From assembly GCA_038204425.1 (NCBI GenBank), contig JBBRCZ010000001.1:416001-480000 (forward strand): a DNA stretch of 64,000 nt. The letters are read 5' to 3'. This document shows positions 26,256 through 35,110 of the stretch, in pieces. The notes below the pieces were generated by a model that was not told the DNA's origin, made no database searches, and saw only the letters and a program-made list of their open reading frames with translations. Every line of letters begins with the position of its first letter. The first letter of the stretch is position 1. Source of the DNA: Spirochaetia bacterium (GTDB lineage Bacteria; Spirochaetota; Spirochaetia; DSM-27196; Salinispiraceae). A program made the position numbers and the translations under genes.

Positions 26256-27494
26256 ATGAATAGCCGCCCGCTAGGAAATCAGAACTTAATTATGGGAAAC
26301 GGAAGCCTTGGTGATTTTGTGCCGCGCCTTTCTGAGATTATTAGGGATTACGGGCCAGCAGGTAAAGGAGAAATGTGCTTAGTTATTTGTGGCAAAAGTT
26401 TTACCGACTCGGAGCAGTGGCCGTCCTTTTCCAATTTTATGAGTTTTTACGGATACCGATGGACGCATGTTTTGGTTGCTGGTGAACCACAGCCCCAAAC
26501 AGTTGATTCAATTGTTTCTAGCCATCGCAGTCTCGGCATTGCTTTGGTTATCGCAATCGGTGGAGGAAGCGCAATAGATACCGGCAAAGCAGTGGCCGCT
26601 ATGCTGTGCGAGCATGGAAGCGTTGTTGATTTTCTAGAAGACATAGGAAACCGATTGCCTTCAGGCTCAACAATTGCACTAATCGCTGTACCAACCACTG
26701 CTGGGACCGGCAGTGAAGCCACCAAAAATGCCGTAATTGGGTTGCCAGGGCCAAACGGTTTTAAAAAATCCTTGCGTCACCAAGGTTATGTTCCTCTATT
26801 CGCAATTCTTGATCCAAGTCTGCTACTTGGCTGCCCGCACTTTACGCTTGCGACCAGCGGACTCGACGCAATTACGCAACTAATCGAGGCACATTTGTCA
26901 AACAAAGCAAACGCCTTGAGTGACTCATGGACAAGATATGGTTTGCAAATCGGATTAAATGCCTTTGACAGGCTTTGCTGGCCTAACGAGTGGAACGATC
27001 ATAATTCTGATTCCGCTTATCTTCCAAGTGAAGCAGCGCGCATTAAACTCTTGGGCGAGATGCTGTTAGCTTCATACTTGTCTGGGCTCGCGCTGGCGCA
27101 AGTTGGCCTGGGGACAGTACACGGCATAGCCGGTCCTCTGGGTGCCAAAGCCGCAATTAGTCACGGCCTGGTCTGTTCTAAATTGCTGTCACCAGTACTA
27201 GAACAGGGCTTCTTGCTTTTGAAAACACAAAACCCAAGTTCAATTGCGCTCAAAAAAGCGGCCTGGATCGGACGTACAATTACAGCAGACCCAAACTTAA
27301 ACCAAGACCAAGCCAGAGCTGCGCTTTGTGAAACGGTGCTTGCCTGGAATACTCGAGCGCAATTGCCAAGATTGCGTTCGTTTTCCTTAGGTCTGAGCCA
27401 GTTAGACGAGGTCGCAGCACTTTCCGATGACAAGCAGAGTCCATGGACCAGCACAGCCCAGCAACGAAAAGCAATGATCTTGGAGGCTTGGTAA
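26256..27494 (+). CDS. Iron-containing alcohol dehydrogenase family protein
   Basis: GGGSAIDTGKA, VPTTAGTGSEAT, GLDAITQLIE, VHGIAGPLG, HG motifs. Confidence 0.9.
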   Translation: MNSRPLGNQNLIMGNGSLGDFVPRLSEIIRDYGPAGKGEMCLVICGKSFTDSEQWPSFSNFMSFYGYRWTHVLVAGEPQPQTVDSIVSSHRSLGIALVIAIGGGSAIDTGKAVAAMLCEHGSVVDFLEDIGNRLPSGSTIALIAVPTTAGTGSEATKNAVIGLPGPNGFKKSLRHQGYVPLFAILDPSLLLGCPHFTLATSGLDAITQLIEAHLSNKANALSDSWTRYGLQIGLNAFDRLCWPNEWNDHNSDSAYLPSEAARIKLLGEMLLASYLSGLALAQVGLGTVHGIAGPLGAKAAISHGLVCSKLLSPVLEQGFLLLKTQNPSSIALKKAAWIGRTITADPNLNQDQARAALCETVLAWNTRAQLPRLRSFSLGLSQLDEVAALSDDKQSPWTSTAQQRKAMILEAW

Positions 27495-27572
27495 CTCTAT
27501 GTTCTGAACAAAAAGGTAGATGCTGATTTTGATAGTCATTTTTATCAGGTTTTTTGAAACTCAATTTGAGCA

Positions 27573-28490
27573 TCAATCAACTACTAGGTCAAATATAAAA
27601 CCAAATAAAACGGCGAGAACCAATACCACAAAAGTTGCCAGACTCTTTTGCATAACCAATCTCTTGGACTTATTATTGAAGCCCATTCTCCTAATTGCTA
27701 TTTGTTGTGGTACAACAAAAAATAACGCCAATGGTAGCAATAGTACTGACCATTTTGCAAACACACCAGTCAAAGAATAGACAAGAGCCAAAACAAAGCC
27801 GCTTGTGATCCAGAAATAGACATAAATTTGTGCCCACATTGCCCCTAAAAGAACAGCAAAAGTCTTTCGTCCATTAAGCGCATCGCTAACTCGGTCACAA
27901 GCATTGTTTGCTGCCAAAATAGATGCAATCCACAACGCAAGCGGAAGTGCCGTCAGAATGCTTGCTTGGTCTAGGGAATCTGTCCCTACTTGATTGGCCA
28001 CACTAAACAAGACCAAGCCAAGAAATGCTCCTGCAAACAACTCACCTAGTGGGCCTCTGCTAAGAGGAAACGGGCCGCCGGTGTAGAGAAAAGCCACCAG
28101 AAAACTGGCTAACCCTAAGACGAAAATCTGCGCCCCGCTGAGAAACAGCAGCAGCAAGCCACCCATTGCTGCAAGGCCAAAAAAAATTAAGCTAACCGCC
28201 AACGCAAAGCCGGGACTCACGCCTTGATGGACTAAGACTTTATCGCTTTCATGATTATGGTCTTTGTTGTCGGTGCCATTCCAAAAATCAAAGAAGGTAT
28301 TAAATCCTGTACAAGCCATATCAAGCAAAAGGACTGTAGCAGAAAACAAGGTGAAAAAGCCAATATTTAGATGTTTACCTCGCCAGACCAAGTAAAGTGC
28401 TGCCAGAACCAAACTTGACAAGCTAATAATTTTGGTGCGAAGTTCTACTATACTCGCTACTTGTTGGTACTTTTGCAAACTACTCAACAA
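27573..28490 (-). CDS. menA: UbiA-family prenyltransferase, MenA-like
   Basis: NTFFDFWNGTD, LYTGGPFP, LGE, NNACDRVSD..NGRKT motifs; multiple TM segments. Confidence 0.75.
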   Translation of the reverse strand: MLSSLQKYQQVASIVELRTKIISLSSLVLAALYLVWRGKHLNIGFFTLFSATVLLLDMACTGFNTFFDFWNGTDNKDHNHESDKVLVHQGVSPGFALAVSLIFFGLAAMGGLLLLFLSGAQIFVLGLASFLVAFLYTGGPFPLSRGPLGELFAGAFLGLVLFSVANQVGTDSLDQASILTALPLALWIASILAANNACDRVSDALNGRKTFAVLLGAMWAQIYVYFWITSGFVLALVYSLTGVFAKWSVLLLPLALFFVVPQQIAIRRMGFNNKSKRLVMQKSLATFVVLVLAVLFGFIFDLVVD

Positions 28491-28743
28491 GAATTTCTTC
28501 CTTCTGATGTAGCCAAATATCTATACCAAAAAGACTATTTGGCTCCAAGTAATCTTGTTCTTGATTTTCAACTATTCCAAGTAACAAGCGAAATATTCTT
28601 ATTCGACGAACAAAATGAATTGGCATAAATATCCTTTGTGGCTCAATACCCATAGTTCTGAGATCACTGATTTGTCGATAAACCTCATTTATCAACTCTT
28701 GGGATCGCAGTTGATCGTGATATACAAAAGGTTTCATAAACAT
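28480..28743 (-). CDS. Small hypothetical protein
   Basis: ORF fills the gap and overlaps the menA start; start uncertain (28737-28779). Confidence 0.55.
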   Translation of the reverse strand: MFMKPFVYHDQLRSQELINEVYRQISDLRTMGIEPQRIFMPIHFVRRIRIFRLLLGIVENQEQDYLEPNSLFGIDIWLHQKEEILVE

Positions 28744-28759
28744 TATTCTAAATCCTAGC

Positions 28760-29272
28760 ATGCCAAGTTTACAAGCCACAGCCTACCAAGAAAAAGCAGT
28801 ACTTTGTTTTATAATTCAAGAAGGACAGGTATTGCTGATCAAAAAGAAACGTGGCCTTGGGGCTGGCAAGATCAATGGCCCTGGTGGAAAATTAGAAGCT
28901 GGTGAATCCTTTGAGCAGGCTGCAATCAGAGAGACCATTGAAGAAACAGGTTTAGAGCCTAAAAATCTGGTTCTTGCTGCTCAATTGGGCTTTACGTTCT
29001 TAGACGGCTATAGCCTCTATGGTGAAGTTTTTCTTGCTGACTCTTGTGTCGGGATAGTTACAGAGACGGATGAGGCCTCCCCTTTTTGGTGTCCGCTTGA
29101 TCAAATACCCTATGAAAAAATGTGGGCGGATGACATTTTGTGGTTAGCAAGGGTGCTCGAAGGGGAACTAATAAGTGCAAAGTTTAGCTTTAGTAACGAT
29201 ACGATGACTTACGCTCAGGTTTCATCAATTCCCGCCCTCATTACTGCTTCTCTAGCAGCAACAAACAAATAA
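28760..29272 (+). CDS. NUDIX hydrolase, 8-oxo-dGTPase (MutT/MTH1-like)
   Basis: KKRGLGAGKINGPGGK...AAIRETIEETGL, ETDEA.P.W, IPYEKMWADD. Confidence 0.88.
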   Translation: MPSLQATAYQEKAVLCFIIQEGQVLLIKKKRGLGAGKINGPGGKLEAGESFEQAAIRETIEETGLEPKNLVLAAQLGFTFLDGYSLYGEVFLADSCVGIVTETDEASPFWCPLDQIPYEKMWADDILWLARVLEGELISAKFSFSNDTMTYAQVSSIPALITASLAATNK

Positions 29273-29790
29273 TCTGATAGACGGTTTAGGTAAATCTGAG
29301 ACCTTTGCAAATGCTGGGCAAACTGTTCGCCGATGTAGCGAACTAAGTGGCGCTCTGCTCGGCGACTTATGGCCCGTGCCATGTCCAGTGCAGCGCTCAA
29401 GGTAAGCGCGCCGGGGATAATAAAGCCCTTGAGGCTCATGCCTTTCATGCGCTCAATTTGGTAGCCCTCAAGTTGGTCAATCTGTACTTGGCTAATTGAA
29501 TAGGGTGATGTCTTGGGCGGTGGCGTGGCAATTTGACCGCCCATGGGTATCAACAAGCGTTGTACCACCAGCAACTCGGTGTTGAGCTCCTGTTGATAGG
29601 CGCGTTCCTTCGTCGTCGAGCTCAGAATAGAACGAACTATTCCTATTGAACTGCTTAGTTCATCCAAGTCACCAAGAACCTCAAAAATTAGGTCGGACTT
29701 GGAACGGCGTTCACCATTTATGAGACTAGTATTTCCCATATCACCGCCTCTGGTTGTGATATGGGAAAACTCTAAAGCATTATCAGGCAA
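29215..29790 (-). CDS. ATP:cob(I)alamin adenosyltransferase, PduO type
   Basis: [38 protein letters not shown] motifs. Confidence 0.92.
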   Translation of the reverse strand: MPDNALEFSHITTRGGDMGNTSLINGERRSKSDLIFEVLGDLDELSSSIGIVRSILSSTTKERAYQQELNTELLVVQRLLIPMGGQIATPPPKTSPYSISQVQIDQLEGYQIERMKGMSLKGFIIPGALTLSAALDMARAISRRAERHLVRYIGEQFAQHLQRSQIYLNRLSDYLFVAAREAVMRAGIDET

Positions 29791-30772
29791 GGTATTCGTG
29801 GTAGTCTTTGATTTTATTGAAGGTACGAAGTTTCTTCATTGCTTTTTCTTGAATCTGGCGAACACGCTCTCTCGTAATGCCGAGATATTTGCCAGTCTCT
29901 TCCAAAGTAAAAGGACCTTCGCCTGCGAGCCCAAATCGAAGCTGAATAATTCGCATTTCTCTATCAGAAAGTTGACGTAATACCTCATCTAAAGTGTCCT
30001 GAAGAGTTAGGTTAAAAACCATATCAAAGGGCTCTGTGGAATTTGTATCCATAATCAAATCTGCCAGACTTGTCATACTTTCATCATCAACGGTTGTGTC
30101 TAGACTTGCAGTTTCCTGACTAAGCTTCATTATGTCTGCTATTTTTTCTGCTGGAAGATCCAAATATTCTGACAGTTCTCGTGGATCAGGGTCTCTTCCA
30201 AGTTCTTGAGTTAAGTGTTTTGCAACAAAATAACATTTTTTTATGGTATTGAGCATATGGATAGGAATTCGGATAACTCTGCCCTTGTCTGCCAATGACT
30301 TGATTATCGCCTGTCTGATCCACCAGGTACCATAGGTTGAAAATCTACAACCCTTGGTATAGTCAAATCGTTCAACTGCCTCTATTAGACCAATATTTCC
30401 CTCATCGATCAAGTCGAGCAAGGTTAAGCCTCGGTGTTGAAACTTTTTTGCAATAGAAACAACCAAACGCAGATTTGCATTGATCATTTTATTCTTAAAT
30501 TCTCTAAGTGATTCATCGAGACGCACAACTTCAGCGTCCAACGAACTGTTACCTGCGAGATTTTGCTCTTTTACGGATGTATGTTCGGCACGAAGCGTTT
30601 GAATTCTTTCGCCAATGAACCGTTCATCCTCCATATTGAGCAATGGGTAGTTTGCAATCTGCTTGAGATAGAGCGCAAGCAGATCGGTCTCTTGAGTACC
30701 TGAAACATCGTAGTTAGGTTGTTTTTTGGCAGCGGAAGAGAGGGGTTTACTTAGAGTCAGGGATTTTTTCAT
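29783..30772 (-). CDS. RNA polymerase sigma70-family factor, group 2 (RpoS-like, no region 1.1)
   Basis: Region 1.2 [58 protein letters not shown] 30772 preferred because of the promoter position. Confidence 0.9.
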   Translation of the reverse strand: MKKSLTLSKPLSSAAKKQPNYDVSGTQETDLLALYLKQIANYPLLNMEDERFIGERIQTLRAEHTSVKEQNLAGNSSLDAEVVRLDESLREFKNKMINANLRLVVSIAKKFQHRGLTLLDLIDEGNIGLIEAVERFDYTKGCRFSTYGTWWIRQAIIKSLADKGRVIRIPIHMLNTIKKCYFVAKHLTQELGRDPDPRELSEYLDLPAEKIADIMKLSQETASLDTTVDDESMTSLADLIMDTNSTEPFDMVFNLTLQDTLDEVLRQLSDREMRIIQLRFGLAGEGPFTLEETGKYLGITRERVRQIQEKAMKKLRTFNKIKDYHEYLA

Positions 30773-30792
30773 CCAGTTACCTTCCATCGATT

Positions 30793-30821
30793 ACTCTAAA
30801 AGGCTTATTGATAACTGTCAA
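30793..30821 (-). promoter_or_regulatory. sigma70-type promoter directly upstream of the sigma factor gene
   Basis: TTGACA-N17-TAGAGT. Confidence 0.7.
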
Positions 30822-30838
30822 GGAAAATTTGCATTTCT

Positions 30839-31717
30839 TTAACGTGGAGCGTTGCCTGGGTCGAGATATTTACCATTCTTCCAGACGCTAAAATAGACTC
30901 TTGGTTCTTTAAGTCCTGGAGTGATGCCAACCTTACCGATTTCGTCTCCGATGTGAATCAGCTGTCCCTTGGAGATGCTCGAAGAGTCGTTGCCACCGTA
31001 GATATAGTTGAATCCAAGCGAGTTCTGAACAATTACCACGTGTCCCAAGCTGCTGTGCGGTCCAGAATAACTTACGCGTCCTTCGTTGACCGACCTAACA
31101 CTTTGACCAACTGTCGCTTTGATCAAAACGCCTGGTAGTTTGCCACCCATGGTAAAGCGCTCACCTTCTGTTGGCCAGCTAACATTCTGCTTGCCCCTGT
31201 AGTCATTCAAATCTAAAGAGGTACCAGTTACTGACATAATCGTCGTACTTGTAACTGATGCAATAGCTTGGGTACTTGAGCTCTGAGGGATCTTTATTGA
31301 TTGGCCAATTCTCAAAACCGACCGAGTGTTGGTGCCATTGACTTGAGTTAACGTTTCTACCGAAAGGTTATGCTGACGAGCTATCCCATACCAAGTATCT
31401 CCCCTGACAATCCGATAATCTTTGGTTCCAATAATTGTGGCTTGAGCGCCAACCGTTGTTGAGCTAGTTGATCCAACGGAACTGGAGTGTGCTTGACTTG
31501 GAATTTTTAACAACTGCCCTATTCTTATTTTTGACGGGTCTATTGGGCTGTTGTATTCTTGTAGAGCTTTGACGTCAATATTGAATCTGCGCGCGATGGA
31601 ATAGAACGTGTCCCCTGCGAGTATTCGGTAGTTTTGATCTTGCGCAGGGACTAATTGCGCCAGTGATAAGAAAATCAATAAAAGTGCGGTAAACCTTACT
31701 TTGTCGCTTAAAAGCAT
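30839..31717 (-). CDS. Secreted LysM x2 + M23-like protein (NlpD-like)
   Basis: Two LysM repeats (YRI..GDT.Y.IAR) and a C-terminal M23-like fold without clear Zn ligands; AAGGAG RBS before ATG 31717. Confidence 0.85.
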   Translation of the reverse strand: MLLSDKVRFTALLLIFLSLAQLVPAQDQNYRILAGDTFYSIARRFNIDVKALQEYNSPIDPSKIRIGQLLKIPSQAHSSSVGSTSSTTVGAQATIIGTKDYRIVRGDTWYGIARQHNLSVETLTQVNGTNTRSVLRIGQSIKIPQSSSTQAIASVTSTTIMSVTGTSLDLNDYRGKQNVSWPTEGERFTMGGKLPGVLIKATVGQSVRSVNEGRVSYSGPHSSLGHVVIVQNSLGFNYIYGGNDSSSISKGQLIHIGDEIGKVGITPGLKEPRVYFSVWKNGKYLDPGNAPR

Positions 31718-31783
31718 GCATTGCTCCTTGCATTCCATGCTGCCTAGGCGGATAGATGCCTGATGTGCTAACAGCTCTTATAG

Positions 31784-31811
31784 GTATCGGCACTTATCTA
31801 GGCTAGTTTGA
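31784..31811 (-). promoter_or_regulatory. Putative sigma28 (FliA)-type promoter
   Basis: TCAAA-N15-GCCGATAC versus the consensus TAAA-N15-GCCGATAA. Confidence 0.6.
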
Positions 31812-31818
31812 GCTTGGC

Positions 31819-32904
31819 TTAGTGTGCAGAACTTAGTTTTGACAAAAAATCTGCTTCTAAGTGAGCCGGTCTGTAGGTTTTTGCGTTCGATTGACCACAA
31901 GCGATGCCGAGTTCTACCGCTAGAATTATTCTTTGGGCAGGCGATTCTTGGTTAATTTTGTTTGAACTTTGTTGCGCAGTAAGCCCGACTGCATCATGCA
32001 CTGACCAAATAACGGCCATGCCTGCTAAAAAAGCGTCTCCAGAACCAATTGGATTTTTGATTGCCTTATTGCTCAAACGCGGTTGGCTGATCTGCCAACA
32101 AACACCATCACTGGCTACAAGAACGGGAAGGGCGCCGCGGGTAAGCACAAAGTTGCATGGTGAATCCTGACTAAGTTCCTTGAGCATTTCGTTGATATCG
32201 GCCAAGTGTTGATGGCTACCATGGGCTTCAAGCTCAGAAAATAACTTGGCGTGTTGAGGCAAGAAGGTACTTACAAACTCATCGAGATTTATTTTTACAA
32301 GACTCGGCTGTTCTTTGAGAGCTAAGATCAAATCGCTGCCTCGCACATCCAGAATTACTTCTACTGCGTTCTCAGTGGCAATCCTGACTAAGCTAGCTAT
32401 AATATCATCCTCGTAACCACTTGCTTTAGATCCACTTATGCATACCAATGAACACTCTTTGACTAACATAGAGAAACGGCTGAGCAATTGACTTGAAACG
32501 TCGCCGTCGACAGCAAAGGCCTCTTCGATCAGTTCACTAACAACTACACCACTATCATCAGTTTCTGGTTCTTTGATGTTGAGCACGGTAGTGCACGTCC
32601 TTAGTGGACCAGTACTCGAAACCAAGTCCAAGGTCAAACCTTCTTTAGACGCCAGTTCTTGATACCGACTAGCATTGCTTCCGCCTTGACTAAGACATAT
32701 GCTGTTAACTGATAATTGTTTTAGACAGCGGCTTACGTTAGCGCCTTTTCCTGCCGCGTCAAGATGAGATTGAAATGCTCGATTAACTACGCCCATGTGA
32801 AAACCTTTAAAAAGATAGGTTTGCTGAAATCCTGGACTTAGGCAAACTGTCAGAATCGGTTTGGTCGACTTTCGACTGATTTCAAGGTAGTCAGAAACTG
32901 TCAT
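31819..32904 (-). CDS. PfkB-family carbohydrate kinase (1-phosphofructokinase/LacC-like)
   Basis: AAGKGANVSR, ISGS, VKINLDE, NPIGSGDAFLAG motifs. Confidence 0.85.
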   Translation of the reverse strand: MTVSDYLEISRKSTKPILTVCLSPGFQQTYLFKGFHMGVVNRAFQSHLDAAGKGANVSRCLKQLSVNSICLSQGGSNASRYQELASKEGLTLDLVSSTGPLRTCTTVLNIKEPETDDSGVVVSELIEEAFAVDGDVSSQLLSRFSMLVKECSLVCISGSKASGYEDDIIASLVRIATENAVEVILDVRGSDLILALKEQPSLVKINLDEFVSTFLPQHAKLFSELEAHGSHQHLADINEMLKELSQDSPCNFVLTRGALPVLVASDGVCWQISQPRLSNKAIKNPIGSGDAFLAGMAVIWSVHDAVGLTAQQSSNKINQESPAQRIILAVELGIACGQSNAKTYRPAHLEADFLSKLSSAH

Positions 32905-32935
32905 GGCGGCACCCTCTCAATTTGTGTATAAAAGT

Positions 32936-33250
32936 TTAACGTTGGGGAAGACTGTAGGTTCTATTCTCTTTGATTTCGGCGGCCTTGTATAGAATTGCAT
33001 TGTTTCCAAGAATAGACACTAGTGCTGCGCCAGAAACTGCAGCTAAGTGTTCGCTCATTTCACGTCGTTCGGCTTGAGCAAAGGAGAACTTTACTTTGAC
33101 CAGTTCATGGCATTTGACGGCTTCAATGAATGCTTTTTCCACAGCGTCGGTCAGTCCACTGGTGCCGACGGAAACGACAGGACTAAGAGTGTGAGCCTTT
33201 TTTTTGAGCCAGGCACGTTGGTATCCCTTAAGTGATTGTATTGTTGACAT
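32936..33250 (-). CDS. yhbY: YhbY/CRM-domain RNA-binding protein
   Basis: QRAWLKKKAHTLSPVVSVG..GLT, HELVKVK, LGN.AILY. Confidence 0.9.
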   Translation of the reverse strand: MSTIQSLKGYQRAWLKKKAHTLSPVVSVGTSGLTDAVEKAFIEAVKCHELVKVKFSFAQAERREMSEHLAAVSGAALVSILGNNAILYKAAEIKENRTYSLPQR

Positions 33251-33355
33251 GTCTCCATTTTAGACAAGACTTGCCACTTCTGTCTATTTGATTGTTGCTG
33301 ACTATCACGATTCTTGCATAATTGATTGGATATAGAAGGCGATTGCTTCAAGAAA

Positions 33356-33384
33356 TTGTCCGTAAGTTTATTTAGTGCTATAAT
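33356..33384 (+). promoter_or_regulatory. sigma70 promoter with extended -10
   Basis: TTGTCC-N17-TATAAT preceded by TG; AGGAG RBS follows at 33402. Confidence 0.7.
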
Positions 33385-33412
33385 GTGCACCGGTTTGGAA
33401 TAGGAGCAATTA

Positions 33413-34807
33413 ATGGCGGTTGACGATAAAATTCAACATGGTCACGACTTTGGACCAGTAGATCAAAATACAAACGAACAGACAATTGAAGAACGAAATT
33501 TTGACCTAGAACTTTCAGACCATCTGCGTGACTTGTCACTACCTTCGGGTTCCTTAGTTCTTATGATACTTGAGCACCATACTGACTGGTTTAAACTGGA
33601 AAAGGTGGTTCAGCAGTTTGAATGTCTATCTTGTTGTTTTGGCACCAATCGAGAACCCAAAGATCTAGAACAACATTTAAAGTCACTCGAGCCGTCAGTC
33701 ATTATTCTTTCAAATCAGCTTGCGCTAAAACGCTTTGAAGTACTAATAAACTCGATTTCTCAGTCGAGTGTCTTGCTATTTGTTGACCTGTCGCTGCCTG
33801 AGATTGATAGGGAGCTTGGATCCAAAAACGACCTTACAAATAGCAATTTGGCCGGTAATAGTAAGTCAAGTGAGGCTCGTTGGCTGGAAATCGACTTTGT
33901 GCGCCAAGACAGCATGCCAGTAGTTATGCGTTCCCAACACAATCTTCAAGTGCAGCTTGACAACTTATGTCTTCTTTTACCAAAAAAACGCGGACTGAGG
34001 ATTTTAAACCTCCTTCCAATTGGGAGCGAAGCGGCCAAGGCTTTTAAGCAACTTGAAAGCAAGTTTGAATGGAAGCAAATTTTTTTAACGGTTTCAAAAA
34101 AGCAGTCAATCTTAGAAATGCTGAGGCGCGAAGAACCTGATCTTTTGCTTGCTGATCAAGATACCTGGCTTGATTTGGTCAACGAAATTTTTGCAAAACG
34201 ATCTGAAGCAAGCGAATCCAACAACAGAAAAACAGGTTTTTTTCAAAAGTTGAAGCTTGCTCACAAGCGAGCGATCTACCGTCTATTGGGAAGTAGAAGA
34301 CTAGGCAGTCCGGTTAGGGATCCACTTGCAATACTTGGAGGCCTTTTTTGCACATTTGCTTTGCTTCCATTGCGCATGCTTGCAGAGCTATTTGTATTTT
34401 CTTCATTAAAAAAACACGTAGGTGTAACTGTAAAAATGGGTATCTGCTTTTCGCCTCTTGATACACAGGCAGATTTATCTGCGCTTGCTTTGATTGACCT
34501 AAAGACACTAAAGATATTTGGCCGAAGTGAATTGGGCCCATTGGTAAGCTACGGGCAAAACAACTTTGGCAAGCTTGGTGACCGTGGATTTTTGGCCAAA
34601 GGCTTAGATTATTCGCATTCAGAAGACCAAGGCTCGTTGTTGCTTCGCAGCGAACAAATTATGCAAGGCTATTATAAGAAGCCATTAAAGACACGCGAGC
34701 TAATAGATACACAACATTGGTTTGACACAGGTCTGAGACTATCGGTTGATAAAGAAAGAAGAATAAGAGAAACAAAGCAACCATCAAAGCCACATACTAT
34801 AGATTGA
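33413..34807 (+). CDS. Degenerate long-chain acyl-CoA synthetase-like (AMP-binding) protein
   Basis: C-terminal LLLRSEQIMQGYYKKP...IDTQHWFDTG is recognisable, but the P-loop is eroded and the small C-terminal domain is absent. Confidence 0.65.
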   Translation: MAVDDKIQHGHDFGPVDQNTNEQTIEERNFDLELSDHLRDLSLPSGSLVLMILEHHTDWFKLEKVVQQFECLSCCFGTNREPKDLEQHLKSLEPSVIILSNQLALKRFEVLINSISQSSVLLFVDLSLPEIDRELGSKNDLTNSNLAGNSKSSEARWLEIDFVRQDSMPVVMRSQHNLQVQLDNLCLLLPKKRGLRILNLLPIGSEAAKAFKQLESKFEWKQIFLTVSKKQSILEMLRREEPDLLLADQDTWLDLVNEIFAKRSEASESNNRKTGFFQKLKLAHKRAIYRLLGSRRLGSPVRDPLAILGGLFCTFALLPLRMLAELFVFSSLKKHVGVTVKMGICFSPLDTQADLSALALIDLKTLKIFGRSELGPLVSYGQNNFGKLGDRGFLAKGLDYSHSEDQGSLLLRSEQIMQGYYKKPLKTRELIDTQHWFDTGLRLSVDKERRIRETKQPSKPHTID

Positions 34808-34812
34808 TCGGC

Positions 34813-34836
34813 AAAAAAAACCCCGCCGGAGCGGGG
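34813..34836 (-). terminator. Intrinsic terminator of tRNA-Asp
   Basis: CCCCGC-TCCG-GCGGGG followed by T8 on the minus strand. Confidence 0.9.
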
Positions 34837-34841
34837 ATAAT

Positions 34842-34915
34842 CGGGAGCGACGGGACTTGAACCCGCGGTCTCCGGCTTGACAGGCCGGCGTGATAACCAA
34901 CTTCACCACACCCCC
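34842..34915 (-). tRNA. tRNA-Asp (GTC)
   Basis: Cloverleaf: acceptor GGGGGTG/CGCTCCC, anticodon arm CCGGC-CTGTCAA-GCCGG, T-loop GTTCAAGTC; CCA not encoded. Confidence 0.96.
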
Positions 34916-34930
34916 AAATCGACAGAGGCG

Positions 34931-34959
34931 ACTATATCGAATCAGATTTTTACTGTCAA
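34931..34959 (-). promoter_or_regulatory. sigma70 promoter of tRNA-Asp
   Basis: TTGACA-N17-TATAGT. Confidence 0.85.
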
Positions 34960-34986
34960 GCTGTAAATTTGTTTTTTTTGGCGTCG

Positions 34987-35015
34987 TTGACAGACAGGGT
35001 ACCCCATGGTAATTT
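34987..35015 (+). promoter_or_regulatory. Divergent sigma70 promoter of the surA-like operon
   Basis: TTGACA-N17-TAATTT with TG extension. Confidence 0.7.
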
Positions 35016-35110
35016 CAACAGGCCCTGATTACAAACTAACAGGATAGGTCAGCTTTACGTTGCTGCCCCAAAAACTCGAAGCTGCGGTGCTTCTTAGAAA
35101 AGGTAGCCTT

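Noticed and set aside
29215..29790. Cobalamin riboswitch for the adenosyltransferase
   Set aside because: There is no intergenic space; the gene overlaps the upstream sigma factor.
33413..34807. Calling the acyl-CoA synthetase-like ORF a pseudogene
   Set aside because: No internal stop or frameshift over 464 codons, and promoter and RBS are intact; kept as a CDS and flagged as a finding.
34842..34915. tRNA-Asp or tRNA-Gln as an integration site for an island
   Set aside because: I saw no duplicated tRNA 3' end, integrase or phage genes, and the flanks are housekeeping-type.
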